Positions 1-12,350 of a stretch of DNA of 64,000 nucleotides are shown one piece after another. The notes below the pieces were generated by a model that had not been told where the DNA came from, did not search any database, and worked only from the letters and a program-made list of their open reading frames with translations. The stretch is taken from NCBI RefSeq assembly GCF_036321535.1, contig NC_087436.1, forward strand, positions 53,570,001 to 53,634,000, in the 5' to 3' direction. A program made the translations under genes and the position numbers. How positions within the stretch are numbered: position 1 is the first letter of the stretch; every line of letters begins with the position of its first letter. The DNA comes from Camelus dromedarius. Taxonomy: Eukaryota.

Positions 1-98
1 AGGATTTTGAACTTTCAAAATTGTTGGTAATTAATTTATTTTAGGTAAGATAAAGAGTAAACTTTGGGAAATTTTCAGAATAGAAAATGTCATGCTTC

Positions 99-391
99 TC
101 ACAGACAAAATATGAACTTATGGTTAACAAAGGGGAAGGGGGGAGCACTGTAGGGATAAATTAGGAGTTTGGGATTAGCATTTACAAACTCCTATATACA
201 AAGTAAAAGAACAAGGTCCTACTGTATAGCACAGGGAACTATATTCAATAGCTTGTAATAACCTATAATGAAATAAATATGAAAAAGAATGCATATGTAT
301 AACGGAATCACTATCCTGTGCACCAGAAACTCACACAACACTGGAAATCAACTATACTTCAATTTATAAAAAAAAGGGGGGGGGGGGCGGG
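99..391 (+). mobile_element. 5'-truncated L1 3' end
   Basis: Artiodactyl-type L1 3'UTR (acaaggtcctactgtatagcacagggaactatattcaat) with A tail; TSD aaatgtcatgcttc at 85-98 and 392-405. Confidence 0.85.
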
Positions 392-1570
392 AAATGTCAT
401 GCTTCCTAAAGAGAAAAAGATACCCAGGAGATGTGACCATAAAGTATGAGAATTCTGAGGTTTGGGAGAAATCCTAGTGGCAAGAGATGGTACTGATGGG
501 CAAGGTGAAAAGCAGAAGTGAGAGGTCCCAGGTCACAAAAGGACTAGAGAAAACCAAAACAAACATTACTAGTGGACACACCACAGGTCTGATCACCATA
601 TGAACTTCATCTTAAAATATTTCAACACAATCTTTGAGGAACTGATTCCCAAGGCACAGAGCATGAGTGTGCAGAGTGGAGCGTGGTGAAGAGGGGACCC
701 CAAGAAACAAATGGAAGTTATCTGACACACCTTCCATCCCATTTACTTCCCTCCTATATCACAGATGAACTCTCCACACATCTGTAGAGCCAGGATACTG
801 GTTAAATAAGTTTTGTTTCATCTAAAAAATGGAATAATTTTCAGTCAATGAAAAGAATGAAGCAGTTCTAAACACAGTATACTTATATGGAGGTGTCTCC
901 TATAAATATTGTGTGGAAAAAAGTATAATGTGAAAAAAATATACACACTCATGAAAGTATGTTACTATATTATATATACCGCTGTTTATTATATATATTC
1001 AAAAATCTATACACATCCCCAAATGAGTATACCTATACTCAAAAGTAAGTGGTAGTCCAGAGATAAGATTGCTGTAGGTGCTTGCAGGGAACTCATCAGC
1101 TCAACACTAAAGGCTGCAAATTCTCCCATTTCTCTACATTCCTACATTTCTCCCCCCAATATTGGCTACCTCCTAAAGCTTGTTCTCTTGTGGTCACAAG
1201 ATGGCTACAGCCATTTAAGCACTTACATGCACACACAACTTCCAGAAGGAAAAAGACTCTTCTTGAGTTCACTTTCCTAGGAGTGAGGAAATCTTCCTAG
1301 AAGCCCCCTAGTGGATAAGTCTTAATGCCACATTGGCCAGGTTGGCCCAATCCTAAACATAACACTGGAAAATAAATAGCTTAAACCAGTGGTTCTCAAT
1401 CTGGGGTCATTTTGCCCTCCAGTGGGCATTTGGCACTATCTGGAGGCATTTTAGTCACAACTTTGGAGAAGGATGCTACTGGCATCTAGTGGATAGAAGA
1501 AAGGGGCACTGCTAAACATCCTAGAACAAGCTGAACAGCCCTTCACAACCAAGAATTATCTGATCCCAAC

Positions 1571-2748
1571 CCTTGTGCATGCGCTATTGGTGAGAACGTA
1601 AATAGGTACAGTCAAAATGGAAAACAGGATGGAGGTTCCTCAAAAAATTAAAAATAGATGCAGCAATTCTACTTCTGGATATATGTCTGAAGGAAATAAA
1701 TCACTATGTTGAAAGATATCTGCAGCCCCATGTTGATAGCAGCATTGTTTACAGTAATCAAGACACGGAAACAACTTAAGTGCCCATCAACAGATGAGTG
1801 GGTAAAGATTTTAACAAAAAGAAGGAAATCCTGCCGTTTACAACAACATAGATGGACCTTGGGGGTATTATGCTAAGTGAAATAAAAGAGAAAGACAAAT
1901 TCTGTATGATCTCACTTATATGTAGAATCTAAAACAAACAAACCAAAAAACACCAAAACTCATAGAAAAAGAGGTCCGATTTGTGGTTACTAGAGGTGAG
2001 GGGTTAGGGGATGGAAACTGGAGGAAGGTGGTCAAAGGTACAAACTTCCAGCTGTAAGATGAAGTACTTGGAATGTACTATAGAACATTGTGACTACAGT
2101 TAACACTGCTATATTTGAAAGTTGTTAAGAAAGTACATCCTAAACATTCTCATTGTGGGGCCAACTGACATCCTTCAAAGTACAACGAACCCCATTCCTG
2201 GGCTCTCTGATGCCTGCCTTCGATCCCTCAACAGATAAAGTACATTCTTTACTGGGCGTGTTTCCCCTAACACACTAATAGCCCTCATAATGCCTAATTT
2301 CACAATAGTTCAGGCCACCTTATCAGAGTCATAAACCCCACAGACCCCAAACCTCTTATCTCACCTACAACCAATCAGACCTGATTGGCACCTTGTGACC
2401 CTACCTTATAAAAGACCCCAACAACCAGCCCTCAGTGCTCACACGGGCATCTCACAGGCATCTCACATCTGTGCGGCCTGCTGCTGTCTATGGCAGCGTA
2501 ACCTAATAAACTCCTTTTCTATTCTCATCTTTGCCTTTGGTAAATTCTTTAACGACCCACAACACCAGCCCTCCTTGTCCCCTGACACTCATTTCAAGGA
2601 ATAAGTTTTTTATAACTATATGAGGTGATGGATGTTAACTAAACTTATCGTGGTAGTCATTTCACAGTATATGGTGTGATATTATGCTGTACATCTTAAA
2701 TTTATACAGAACTGTATGTCAATTATAGCTCCATAAAACTGAAAAAAA
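1571..2748 (+). mobile_element. L1 3' fragment (ORF2 end/3'UTR), interrupted by a solo LTR
   Basis: L1 hallmarks (ggaggttcctcaaaaaattaaaaataga, ttatgctaagtgaaataa, A tail) with TSD inside MER20. Confidence 0.85.
2154..2587 (+). mobile_element. Solo LTR (434 bp)
   Basis: TG...CA termini, 5-bp TSD CTCAT (2149-2153/2588-2592), TATAAAA ~2408, AATAAA ~2505. Confidence 0.85.
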
Positions 2749-2950
2749 TTATCTGACCCCAAATGTCAGTAGTATAGAGACTGACTGACTTAGACTAATT
2801 ATTTGGGGAAGGACCACTGTTGGATAGTCATTTACCATGACTACTATAACCACCTCGACTTGCATAAGGTTAAGTTTCTGAGCACATCCTTTCAGTTATA
2901 CCTCCCCTTCTAACTTCCTACTCTGGGACATATGCCTCCACTTGTGGTTG

Positions 2951-3993
2951 TGTTAAAGCAGGCAGGTAGCTAGATACGAGCAGAGAAAGGGGGACATGGG
3001 CAAATGGCAGAAAACCACACATCTTGTGAAAAACGGGGGTCCTTGGAGAGATGGTCCTTTCGATCATTATTGTTACCAGGAAAAGGAAAACAAGAATCAC
3101 CTCAATTTTTAGTCACCCGAAAAAAAGATTTTTGACGAGAGACAGAAAGCATGATATAAGCAAAATTTTTATTAGTGAAGTAAAAACAAGTAAAAGATAG
3201 TACGCTCCCAAGAATTGGGAGTGGGCCAATCCAAGAGAGGGAAAATGGCGCCGTTCCTTCGTTTTTCCTGTTTTTATATTCTGGTTTTGTGATTGATTGA
3301 TTGACTGATTGATTGACAACTCAGATTCCCTGTGCTCTGGTTAATTGACAGCTCAGGTTCCTTGTGCTCTGGATTGTTCCTTTCCCCATCCTCTCCCCCT
3401 GCCCAGTGCCCATTTCTATCTAAACTACCTAACATTATGACCTCCATCCAAATGTAACCTTTTGCTTATGATATCCCCATCTGAATGTAACCTTTTGTTC
3501 ATTATGACCTCATCCAACTTCCAGAACAAGACTAAATAAGGACAAAAAATCCCTCCTCCCCACTTTGGACGGTGGAGCTGGGATAAAGATTCCACCTACC
3601 CTCCACCCAGGTTGTCTTTCCTGATCATCCCAGCTCCACCTTCCCAGGTGGGGAGGAGGGATTTTTCCTCCCTATTTAGTCTTGATCGGGAAGTTGGATG
3701 AGGTCCTAAAAAGGTTACATTCAGAGGGGGATATCATAAGCAAAAGGTTACATTTGGATGGAGGTCATAATGATCGAAAGGTTACATTTGGATGGTGGGG
3801 ATTCCCGTCCTGTCCCACCCTTCTGCCTCCAGGACACTTATCAACCCAAAAGGTATGGTTTTTTATCAGTCCAGAGGATCCCATTTTTCTTGTCTGTCCA
3901 AGGACCCCTGTTGTTCACAAGATGTATGATTTTCTGCCATTTGCCCATGTCCCCCTTTCTCTGCTCAGATCTAGCTACCTGCCTGCTCTAACA
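2951..3993. mobile_element. Fold-back element of two inverted ERV1-type LTR 5' portions
   Basis: TGTTAAAGCAGGCAGGTAGCTAGAT... and ...ATCTAGCTACCTGCCTGCTCTAACA; TSD GTTG (2947-2950/3994-3997). Confidence 0.8.
3071..3434 (-). mobile_element. Solo ERV1 LTR (364 bp) nested in the fold-back element
   Basis: TG...CA termini, TSD TTAT (3067-3070/3435-3438); minus-strand TATAAAA ~3272-3278 then AATAAA ~3168-3173. Confidence 0.85.
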
Positions 3994-4132
3994 GTTGGAG
4001 TAGGGGGATCTATGACAGAGACCCCAGGAGGACTACATGGTTAGAGTGGGAGAGGAGTAGGTCACCGAAAGAAGACAATTGCTGTCATGAGAAGAAGGAG
4101 AAAGCTGAGCTATATGTTTATAGACCTAAAGA

Positions 4133-4262
4133 CATGCACAAGGTCCTGGGTTCAATCCCTGGTACCCCCATTAAAAATAATAAACAAACAAACAAACGAA
4201 CAAACAAACAAATCTAATTACCTCCTCCCACCAAAACAATAAAATAAAAAAATTTTAAAAAG
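4133..4262 (+). mobile_element. 5'-truncated tRNA-Ala-derived SINE (vic-1-like)
   Basis: catgcacaaggtcctgggttcaatccc...acctaattacc-like tail, A-rich end. Confidence 0.75.
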
Positions 4263-7200
4263 AATTGTTAATACCTGATGATTTTCTAGATGTGGAAAAT
4301 GGGAGAGACTGTCATTGGAGAGATGATCAGATTTGTAGAAAAAGAGTGACTGGAAGATGATTTTATCATTAACTAGTACGAAGAATTCAGGAAAAGAAAG
4401 ATGTTCAGTGAGGAAGGGGGATTAGTACTGTTTTAGACTCCAATTGCCTTCATAAGCGTTCGTCTGGAAGCAATTATCAGGATTAATTTTACAGGGCTGT
4501 TTGTGAGCGTTATAACCTATTCAGTAACATGTGTCAGCAGTTTTGTTCATCTGATACAGGGTGGTTCTTGGCCTGTAAGTCAGCTACCATATTGTGTTCC
4601 AGGGCTCTGAATATACAGGCAACACCCAATCAAATTTATCTCTCTGGATTTGCTTTTAAAGATGACAGAGAGACCACCACCAACTCCTTCTCCTTTGTTA
4701 TAGTGCAGTTGCTATTCAGGCAGAATATATTGCAACCACTTGGTTTAAGTTTCGTGGTTAAAATCACAATCTAACTGTGCTTCTCTAAAATTATACATAA
4801 GTCATCTTTATAGATTTTGGTAATTTTTACTCAGTATTAGGGGAGTAGGCTCTGTTTTGGCATTTCCCCTTGAATTATTAAAAAGCCTAGGGATATTGTC
4901 AGTTCAAGGAGACCTGTTCTAATTCCAAACTTCTTAGCTGCTGAAGTAAAATGAAAGAAGTGGTCCAGCTCATTAACAACCCTTGTTCTAGGTTATGATT
5001 GTGTCTATTAATGCAACAATGATAGTCTTGCTGGTCCAAATGGGGCCTAAGTCACAATAGGTTTAGACCCTAAAGCTATAGCCTTGAACTTATATTTGGG
5101 AACACACCCTCCAAGACAAATAAGATGTGAGGTGGGGAGGGGGAGAGCTTCCTGGTGAGCCACATGCTGTGCCATGTAGGGTCTGGTCCCTATTCCCAGA
5201 TGCCCCCTTTCTTCATGGCTAATTCCAGGTGCCTTTGGTGCCCTTTACTGCCAGAGGGCATCAGTTGGGACCATCTCAACCAATTAAATAGATTATAATA
5301 AATTGGAATATCAAAAGAGATGAGGTCAAGGTCTCCATTCCCTTCTACTTAGGAAGCTCCTTGTTTTCCAAGAAAATTTCCATATCAAGAGGCCTTAGGA
5401 AGGGCAGTCTTTGTCAGGCCAAAAAATAAAGGGTAAGGAGTGCCTATGTTCTTACATTTACATAACTAAGGGCACGCCAGTGATTCTTCTCAGAAAAAAA
5501 GATCTGCTCTAAAGGGAAATTCTGTCTCCATGTAGAGCAGCAGCTGGCCAATTTTCAAATCTGTTAAAAAGAAAGAAAAAAAAAAGTCAAGTTCTGCCTA
5601 ACCAAGCAACAACACATTACACTTCCTCATTCCATTCTCACTGGGGAAGCTTACTCATCACTTTGTATCATTCTTTGCTTTTAGCTCTTTGAACCACTTA
5701 AATTTACCTGCCACCCCATTTTTGTTACTATGTTTTAAATTACTGGTTACAAGTCTATCTCAACAACCTAGGCCTTAGAAATATTTGAACTAGTCTTAAC
5801 AAACTTTTTCTTGCCTCATATTCCTCTCATTACTTAGTTTTCTTTCTTACCTATCTAGTCTCCAAAGCACTCTGTGACCTCCTACCAGTATCTTACCAAT
5901 TTCATCAGCTCGGATTTTACTTCTTTTGCAGACATTCTTCTCCCAGGGAGTAAAAATTTATTTATTTTTTTCGTTTCAAATCTACAGGACCAATTTCTGT
6001 TACGTTCTGTAGATACTGCTTATTTTTCATCACACGTGACACCTGTTATTTTCTGAGTATATAACATTCCCCTATTTCTGTTGCTTAAAAGACTTTTAAG
6101 AAATCTTGGTTCTTCTATTTTTGCCATTTCTTCACAAGCTTTGGTACACTACAAATATAGTTATAGATATAAAAAATTTCAAACACTAGAAGTGTAGAAA
6201 GTGAAGTCCCCCAATAATCCCTTTCTCCTGCGCATTCCCCAGAGATGACCATTGGTAACATTTTGATATCCTCTGGATATTTTCAAATGACCATTCTTTC
6301 AAAATATGCTTTAGTTTTCACTCTATTGTTAGAGATTACACATCCTATAATGTCTAGGTTGGACAATCTGGTTACTTAGTCATCTTTGTATGCTATTGAG
6401 CTCTCGTCTTGGTTTTTCTTCTATACTAAACTCTCACTTCTTGGTAGCACATCACTCCTCCTTCTCTGTAATCTGCTCTTCCCTCTCCTCCAACTCTCTG
6501 ACTCACACAGAGTCACTACATTGTTACAAATACTACCCCTTTCCCAGGCAGAGTTGCCTGGTCCAAGGGTGAGTTTATAACCCAAGTAAGGCCAATCATA
6601 ACACCAATTGCTGCTGGACCTTGTTGATTGGTCTATGTGTGAGCACCTGACTTAGAACCCTTCCTTCCCGGGGATTACTTCAACATAGGATCATGAGAGC
6701 TAGTGCCATAATAGTGGCAAAGCCTATAATGTCAGTGAGGTTTAGATTTGGGGCAGCCATGTTTTCCTAGAATTTGGAGAAAGCAAGTGTCAATGAAAGA
6801 TTAATCAGTCAATCTAAGAAAGAAATGGAAATTTTTATTCAAGCCAGATTGAGGATTATAACCTGGGAACAGCATCTCAGAAAACTCAGAGAACTATTCC
6901 ACCCATAAGAAGCCAAAACACAGTTACATAAGTTTTCTAAGACAGAGAGCTATACATTAGATGATGTATTATTGATAGTTTACACAATCCAAATTTGCAA
7001 GTACAAAGTGATGGCCATTGTGACCCCTTACAATATCAAGAAGAAATGATATTTTTTGAGGAGTTGTCTTGCTGATGCTAGGAGAATGTTGCTCTTGCAA
7101 GTATAAAGATGTGGTGTGCATATATATATATATAAATATATATATGTATACATATATATATAAAATATATGTATACATATATATAAAAAATACACACACA

Positions 7201-7270
7201 CATACAATGGAATATTACTCAGCCATGAAAAAGAATGAAATGATGCCATTTGCAGCAATATGGATGGATC

Positions 7271-8423
7271 TGATACCAATAGGACCCTGCAGGCCCCACT
7301 GCCTTATCCCTGCCCCTTGTGTATAGAAAACCTGAAGTCTCTCAGGCCTCCCTAAGTCATAAAAGAGCAGGCTCAAGCAGTTGATGATTAGGACAAATCT
7401 TCACACAGTGGGGGATGGCGACAACTCTGACTGCCTATCTCAATGATCAACTGAGATTACTTCCCTGTTTCCCTTTAAAACTGTCATGGCTAAGCAGAAT
7501 CTTCAGAGATGGTTTTTAGCGGGCACTGGGTCCACCAGATTGCTGGCATTCTGATTAAAAGCAACTTTCCTTTTTGTTACCAAAGCTGTTGCCACCAGGA
7601 TAATACCCTTGCCCCTACTCAAATAGAAACAAATTACCCTTATTTAAGTCTCAGGAGGCAACTGCAAAGAGAAGGAACAAGAACTGGTTAGAAACTGTGA
7701 AACCCAAGATGGTGGAGGATTGGACTTCCAGTGGACCTTGAGCCTCATTATAAGCTCATTGTAATGTATTAGTATGCTAAATGACACACCCACCAAAACC
7801 ATGACAGTAGAAATTGCCATAATAACAACTGGAAAAACCCATACAAGGAAGGGAGAAAAAAAGGTGATTGGCTGCAGCACACCTGGAAGGAGCTCATGAT
7901 GTCAGAGGCTTCTAATAAATCCATGTGGCCTGACCTGGAGCTGGAGCTGTCTTGGCTGATGACTCCCCACTCAAGCACTTACTTCCTTTCTCCTCTTTTT
8001 GAGCAATAAAGCAGCTTTTTGCTTTGTTTCTCTGCCTCTGTTGGTGAATTCTTTCACAGCCAGCGGCAAGGATTTTGGTGGGCTTCCTAATTTAGGGGTC
8101 TCACTGTAGTAGAGAATAACCTTTGTTTTCTTGGATGTACAGGGACACCGTGACCTAGCCTACGAGGATGGCTGCAAGAACAAAGAATGCCTGCAGCAAG
8201 AAGATTACAACAATCAACCACACCCCCTCCCTTGTGTTTTTGTATAAAAGGAGCCTATATTCTGACTAGAGCAGGATGGTTCTCCAAGACTTTAGTCTGC
8301 CATCCTCTAGGTCTGCCAGATTTCCAAATAAAGTCACTATTCCTTGTCCCAACACCTCGTCTCCCAATTTATTGGCCTGTCTTGCAGCAAGTTTGGACTC
8401 AGCAACATCACTATCCCCTAACA
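7271..8423 (+). mobile_element. Composite LTR block inserted in L1
   Basis: TG...CA termini, TSD GATC/GATG, several internal poly(A) signals. Confidence 0.7.
8105..8407 (+). mobile_element. Solo ERV1 LTR nested in the previous block
   Basis: TGTAG...GCAACA, TSD TCAC (8101-8104/8408-8411), TATAAAA and AATAAA. Confidence 0.8.
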
Positions 8424-8706
8424 GATGTAGAGATTATCATTCTAAGTGAAGTTAAGTCTGACAGAGAAAGACAAATATCACATGATACCATTTATATGTG
8501 GAATCTAAAAAATGATACAAATGAACTTATTTACAAAACAAACAGACTCACAGACATAGAAAACAGACTTACAGTTACCAAAGGGGAAAATGGGCAGGGA
8601 TAAATTAGGAGATTGGGATTAGCAGATACAGAGTATTATATTTTCAATAACAAGGGAGCTGTATTCAATAACTTGTAATTACCTATAATGGAAAAGAATC
8701 TGAAAA

Positions 8707-8708
<2 letters not shown>

Positions 8709-8784
<76 letters not shown>
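8709..8784. repeat. Compound microsatellite (AT)n(GT)n
   Basis: Perfect AT run then GT run inside the L1 3'UTR. Confidence 0.95.
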
Positions 8785-9971
8785 AACTGAATCACTTTCT
8801 GTACACTAGAAACTAACAAAACCTTGTAAGTCAACTATTTCAATTAAAAACAAATTCATCATATCATTTTTCTTGCTGACAAACTTTGAAACAGGAATAA
8901 TAAGGTCTTATTGGGTTCCTAGTAAACAGGTACAATAAAAGTACTATACCTAAACTGATGACTCTAAAGACATATCTGTATTAATTAAACCAACAAGCTT
9001 AGGCTAACTCTAATACCAGATATTAATTCAATATTGTCTGTTTCCCAGATCATGTGAATATGAAATTCATTCTGGCCAATTTCTTTTATATTCGTAAGTA
9101 TTTATATAAGTGTTTAGTTTCTTTTAAGTCAATCAAGTAGAGCTCTTTTACAAATTAATCTTGGCGATACCACACATCTACAACACATATATAGATGCAT
9201 GCGAACACACAGACATAGTTTGTTCCAAATCACAGTTCCCATTCCAAAATGTCAGCCAGGAATTAAGTGCAACAATAACCCAACAGTTACAAAAGAGGTT
9301 GGATTCCAGTTGGTTTTCTAGCAGATGGAACATTTCAAGATCATCTGCCTAGACGGCTAAACTGTTTTACTAATATTTATGGAGAAGATATTTAAGATTT
9401 CTGTTTGTCTTTGACAAGTCAAGTTCCAAATTACCCCCTTCCTGAAATTTGTATTTTTAAAAAATGGCAGAGGTAAGCGTTCCTAGAGAAGACCAAGTAG
9501 AATATTTGTATCTCAAAAGCATAGGAGGAGAAAGGAAAATTCCTTCTAGGAGGATTTTGTTCCCTTACGGCCAGATATTTTTTTTTTCTCTCACTACTTA
9601 CAAGCCTCTTAAGATAAACGGAGGTTTTAAGAGAGATAAAAGGATTGGTGGACTCTGGACTATTTCTGGAGCCACAGTTCTGGTCCTGTAAAGACTAAAT
9701 TTGTGAAATAAAGACAGTTGTTCTTTTCCTCAAAGAATTCGGTGGCCACCTCAATGATTTAACAGGACTGACACATCCATTCACCTATGTTGGAATGCTT
9801 TAATTTTCCCTCATTGAGCTTAGGGGAGAAGGCCCCCGACAAAATTTCCATCAGGATCCAAATATCAGCTATGGTCAGTCTAGTCAGACTGATTGCCTCC
9901 CATCTTGGTAATCCATTTATAAACACTTTTGAGGATCCTCCTGGGGGTCAAAAAATTCTTTAACTATAGAA

Positions 9972-10085
9972 AGGAAGGGTATAGCTCAGTGGTAGAGCAA
10001 ATGCTTAGCATGCACAAGATCCTGGGTTCAATGCCCATTACCTCCATTAAAATAAAGAAATAAACCTAATTTATGCACCCCCCCA
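9972..10085 (+). mobile_element. vic-1-like SINE
   Basis: A box tagctcagtgg, B box ggttcaatgcc; TSD aaaaattctttaactat. Confidence 0.85.
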
Positions 10086-11400
10086 AAAAATTCTTTAACT
10101 ATGGCCCTCAGTTCTTTCTATGATCTGAAAAGGCTTGCCTTCAGCCTAGCATGGTCCCATTTCTAAAGGTACCTATTTAATTGTGTTTTCTGAGTGGAAA
10201 GGCAATTCAGAGAGATTACTAGAATGAGTACTCAAAGAAGGATAGAAGGGAGTAGTAGTCTACATTTCAGGTATGCTTTTTATCATTAACCTTTCATTAG
10301 TCTTCTATAACAAATTTTTCAATAAGGCTGTTTTGGAATTTTGAAGCCTCTTGGGGCTTCTGGATTCCTATTAAGATAGGTACCATAGTTTAAGATGAGA
10401 GTTCTCTAAAATTTTAGCAATTTAGAAGTTTCTCCAATTCCAAGGATCCAAGGAGCTAGCCCTACAAATATTTTCCCCCACTAATCTAATTTTAGAAAAG
10501 AGAAAAACTCTTAACCACTGTTGTTTCCCGTAGACCCTGCAAGCACAGATCCAGAAGACTGCCAGCTTTAACTGCTTGCTTAAAATCCATTTTTGGAGTG
10601 CCAAAAGAACCCCATCATGGCCATTTCAGTGCCCAGTTTCCTTTAGTTCCCAATAAAGTACTTGTAAGCGTACATAAACCCAGCTAGTATTTCCATAAGT
10701 GGCTGTTTGCATGGGAGCTGTTTGGCATTTAAGGCACAATTTCTCAGTATTAATTTCATAGCCTAATTCAGGTATGTCATGAGATATGATCTGAACAACT
10801 TTTGAGGACAGTGTGGTAGATGCATGTGAGCTGCTTCTGAGTCTAGCTCTGCAAGGAGTTATCCTTGGGTCAGTTTGACTCTTTTATGTGACTTGGTTTC
10901 TCTCTGTGACAGTCTAAAACCACCAAGGGTTCTCAGAGTGCTAATTATCAGCCTCTGTTGTGCACCCCCAGATGAGCAGTATTTACTTAATGGTTGTAAT
11001 GGGTCTCCCCTATTCTTCAGAGCTGAATAGTTCAGTCTTTCATTTCACTAGTAAAAGTTTTCTTCAGACCATCTATCAACTCTTTTTTTTTTTCAATTTA
11101 AACCAAATGTAACAAAAACCCTGCCAATTATGTTTCCCTGGACCACTTGCCCAGACCCTGACTAGGTCCTTCCTAGGAAATATACCAGTGCCCCTTAAGA
11201 CTCCAAGTCTTAAGTGAAAAGAGCTTGAAGAAAATTTTCAGGATCATCACTCAAACAACGAGATCTGGGTATCAGGAGAACTCACCAGACCACCTGAGTA
11301 GTTCTGAGACGCTGGTGGGGCTCAATGGGCCAGTGCTTGGTATCAAGTGCCAGTTCCCAGTAGACCCCAAGTGTCCCCTGGTGGGTATCTCTGGTGGATA

Positions 11401-11418
11401 GTCTTGCCAACTATGCCA
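11401..11418 (-). promoter_or_regulatory. Retroviral primer-binding site, tRNA-Ser
   Basis: Minus strand TGGCATAGTTGGCAAGAC versus Ser PBS TGGCGTAGTCGGCAGGAT (14/18; two differences are CpG transitions), 4 nt from the LTR end. Confidence 0.7.
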
Positions 11419-11949
11419 TCCATGTCAACAAAGAATTAATCAGTCAATCTAAGAGAAAAGCGGAAATTTTTATTCATGCCTAATTAAGGATTATAACCTG
11501 GGAACAGCATCTCAGAAAACTCAGAGAACTATTTCTCATGCTAGAAGCCAAAACACAGTTATATACACTTTATGAGACAGAGAGCTGTACCTTAGATGAT
11601 GTATTATTGACAGTTTATACAATCCACATCTGCAAGTACAAAGTGATGACTGTTGTGACCCCTTACAATATCAAGAAGAAATGTTATCTTCTAAGGAGTT
11701 GTCTTGCTGATGCTAGGAGAATTTGCGCTTTATGGTTCAGCAGGTATTTCTGCAGGTGGGGAGGTTTGGTTGATGCATAATGCAAATACACAATGTACAG
11801 TGAAGGGAGAGAGGAGGCTGAAGTGCAGAGAAAATTTTTTATGTTTAAATTTTTTTTGTCTTGTCATAAAATATAAATTTTATTTCACACAAGTTTCTAA
11901 GGAGAGAGAATGAAGCAAACATGTAGAGAGCAAATAAGAGAAAATAATT

Positions 11950-12350
11950 TTTTAATTCTTATTTTTTATTGAAGTATAGTCAATTTACAGTGTTAGTTTC
12001 GGGTGTACAGAAAATTGATTCAGTTATGCATATACATACATGTCTATTCTTTTTCAGATTCTTTTCCATTATAGGTTATTACACGATAATAAATATAGTT
12101 CCTTGTGCTATAGAGTAGGTCCTTGTTGTTTATCTATTTTATATATAGTAATATATATCTGTTAATCCCAAACTCCTGATCTATCCCTTCCCCTCTTTTC
12201 CCCCTTGGTAACCATAGTTTGTTTTTTATGTCTGTGAGTCTATTTCTGGTTTATAAATAAAAATTGTTGTTTTTTTTTCAAGATTCCACATGTAAGTGAC
12301 ATTGTATAATATTTGTCTTTTTCTGTCTGTCTTACTTCACTTAATATAAT
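11950..12350 (-). mobile_element. L1 3' end
   Basis: Reverse-complement L1 3'UTR (ttattgaagtatagt...aatatagttccttgtgctata...agattccacatgtaagtga). Confidence 0.85.

Larger units (their letters stand above)
1387..2785 (+). mobile_element. MER20 hAT DNA transposon split by an L1 insertion
   Basis: cagtggttctcaa...gcatttggc...tgctactggcatctagtgg...gctaaacatcc. Resumes after the L1 at ~2745 with duplicated aattatctga(t/c)ccca. Confidence 0.75.
7100..8850 (+). mobile_element. L1 3' end inserted in the provirus, split by nested LTRs
   Basis: atggaatattactcagccat...tggatggatc | tagagattatcattctaagtgaag...A tail. Confidence 0.85.
6788..11889 (-). mobile_element. Degenerate ERV1-class provirus (two LTRs, non-coding interior)
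   Basis: 5'LTR at 11423-11889 and partial 3'LTR at 6788-~7095 are clear direct repeats. TSD CAAG (6784-6787/11890-11893). PBS at 11401-11418. Confidence 0.85.

Noticed and set aside
3439..3795. Short ~36-bp repeated units (catccaaatgtaacctttt) resembling an array
   Set aside because: Ordinary U3 enhancer-type tandem repeats in the LTR arms; no unique spacers, so not CRISPR-like.
2918..4044. Similar ORFs on opposite strands (PRTPV.HKM..FLPFAHVPLSL)
   Set aside because: A by-product of the LTR inverted repeat, not a gene duplication.
6969..7326. Y/I-rich ORFs
   Set aside because: Translation of a (TA)n low-complexity tract and L1 sequence.
9972..10050. tRNA-Ala-like sequences (also ~13250, 23832, 31486, 45283, 47122)
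   Set aside because: Each has the shared SINE tail, A-rich end and usually a TSD, so they are SINEs rather than tRNA genes.
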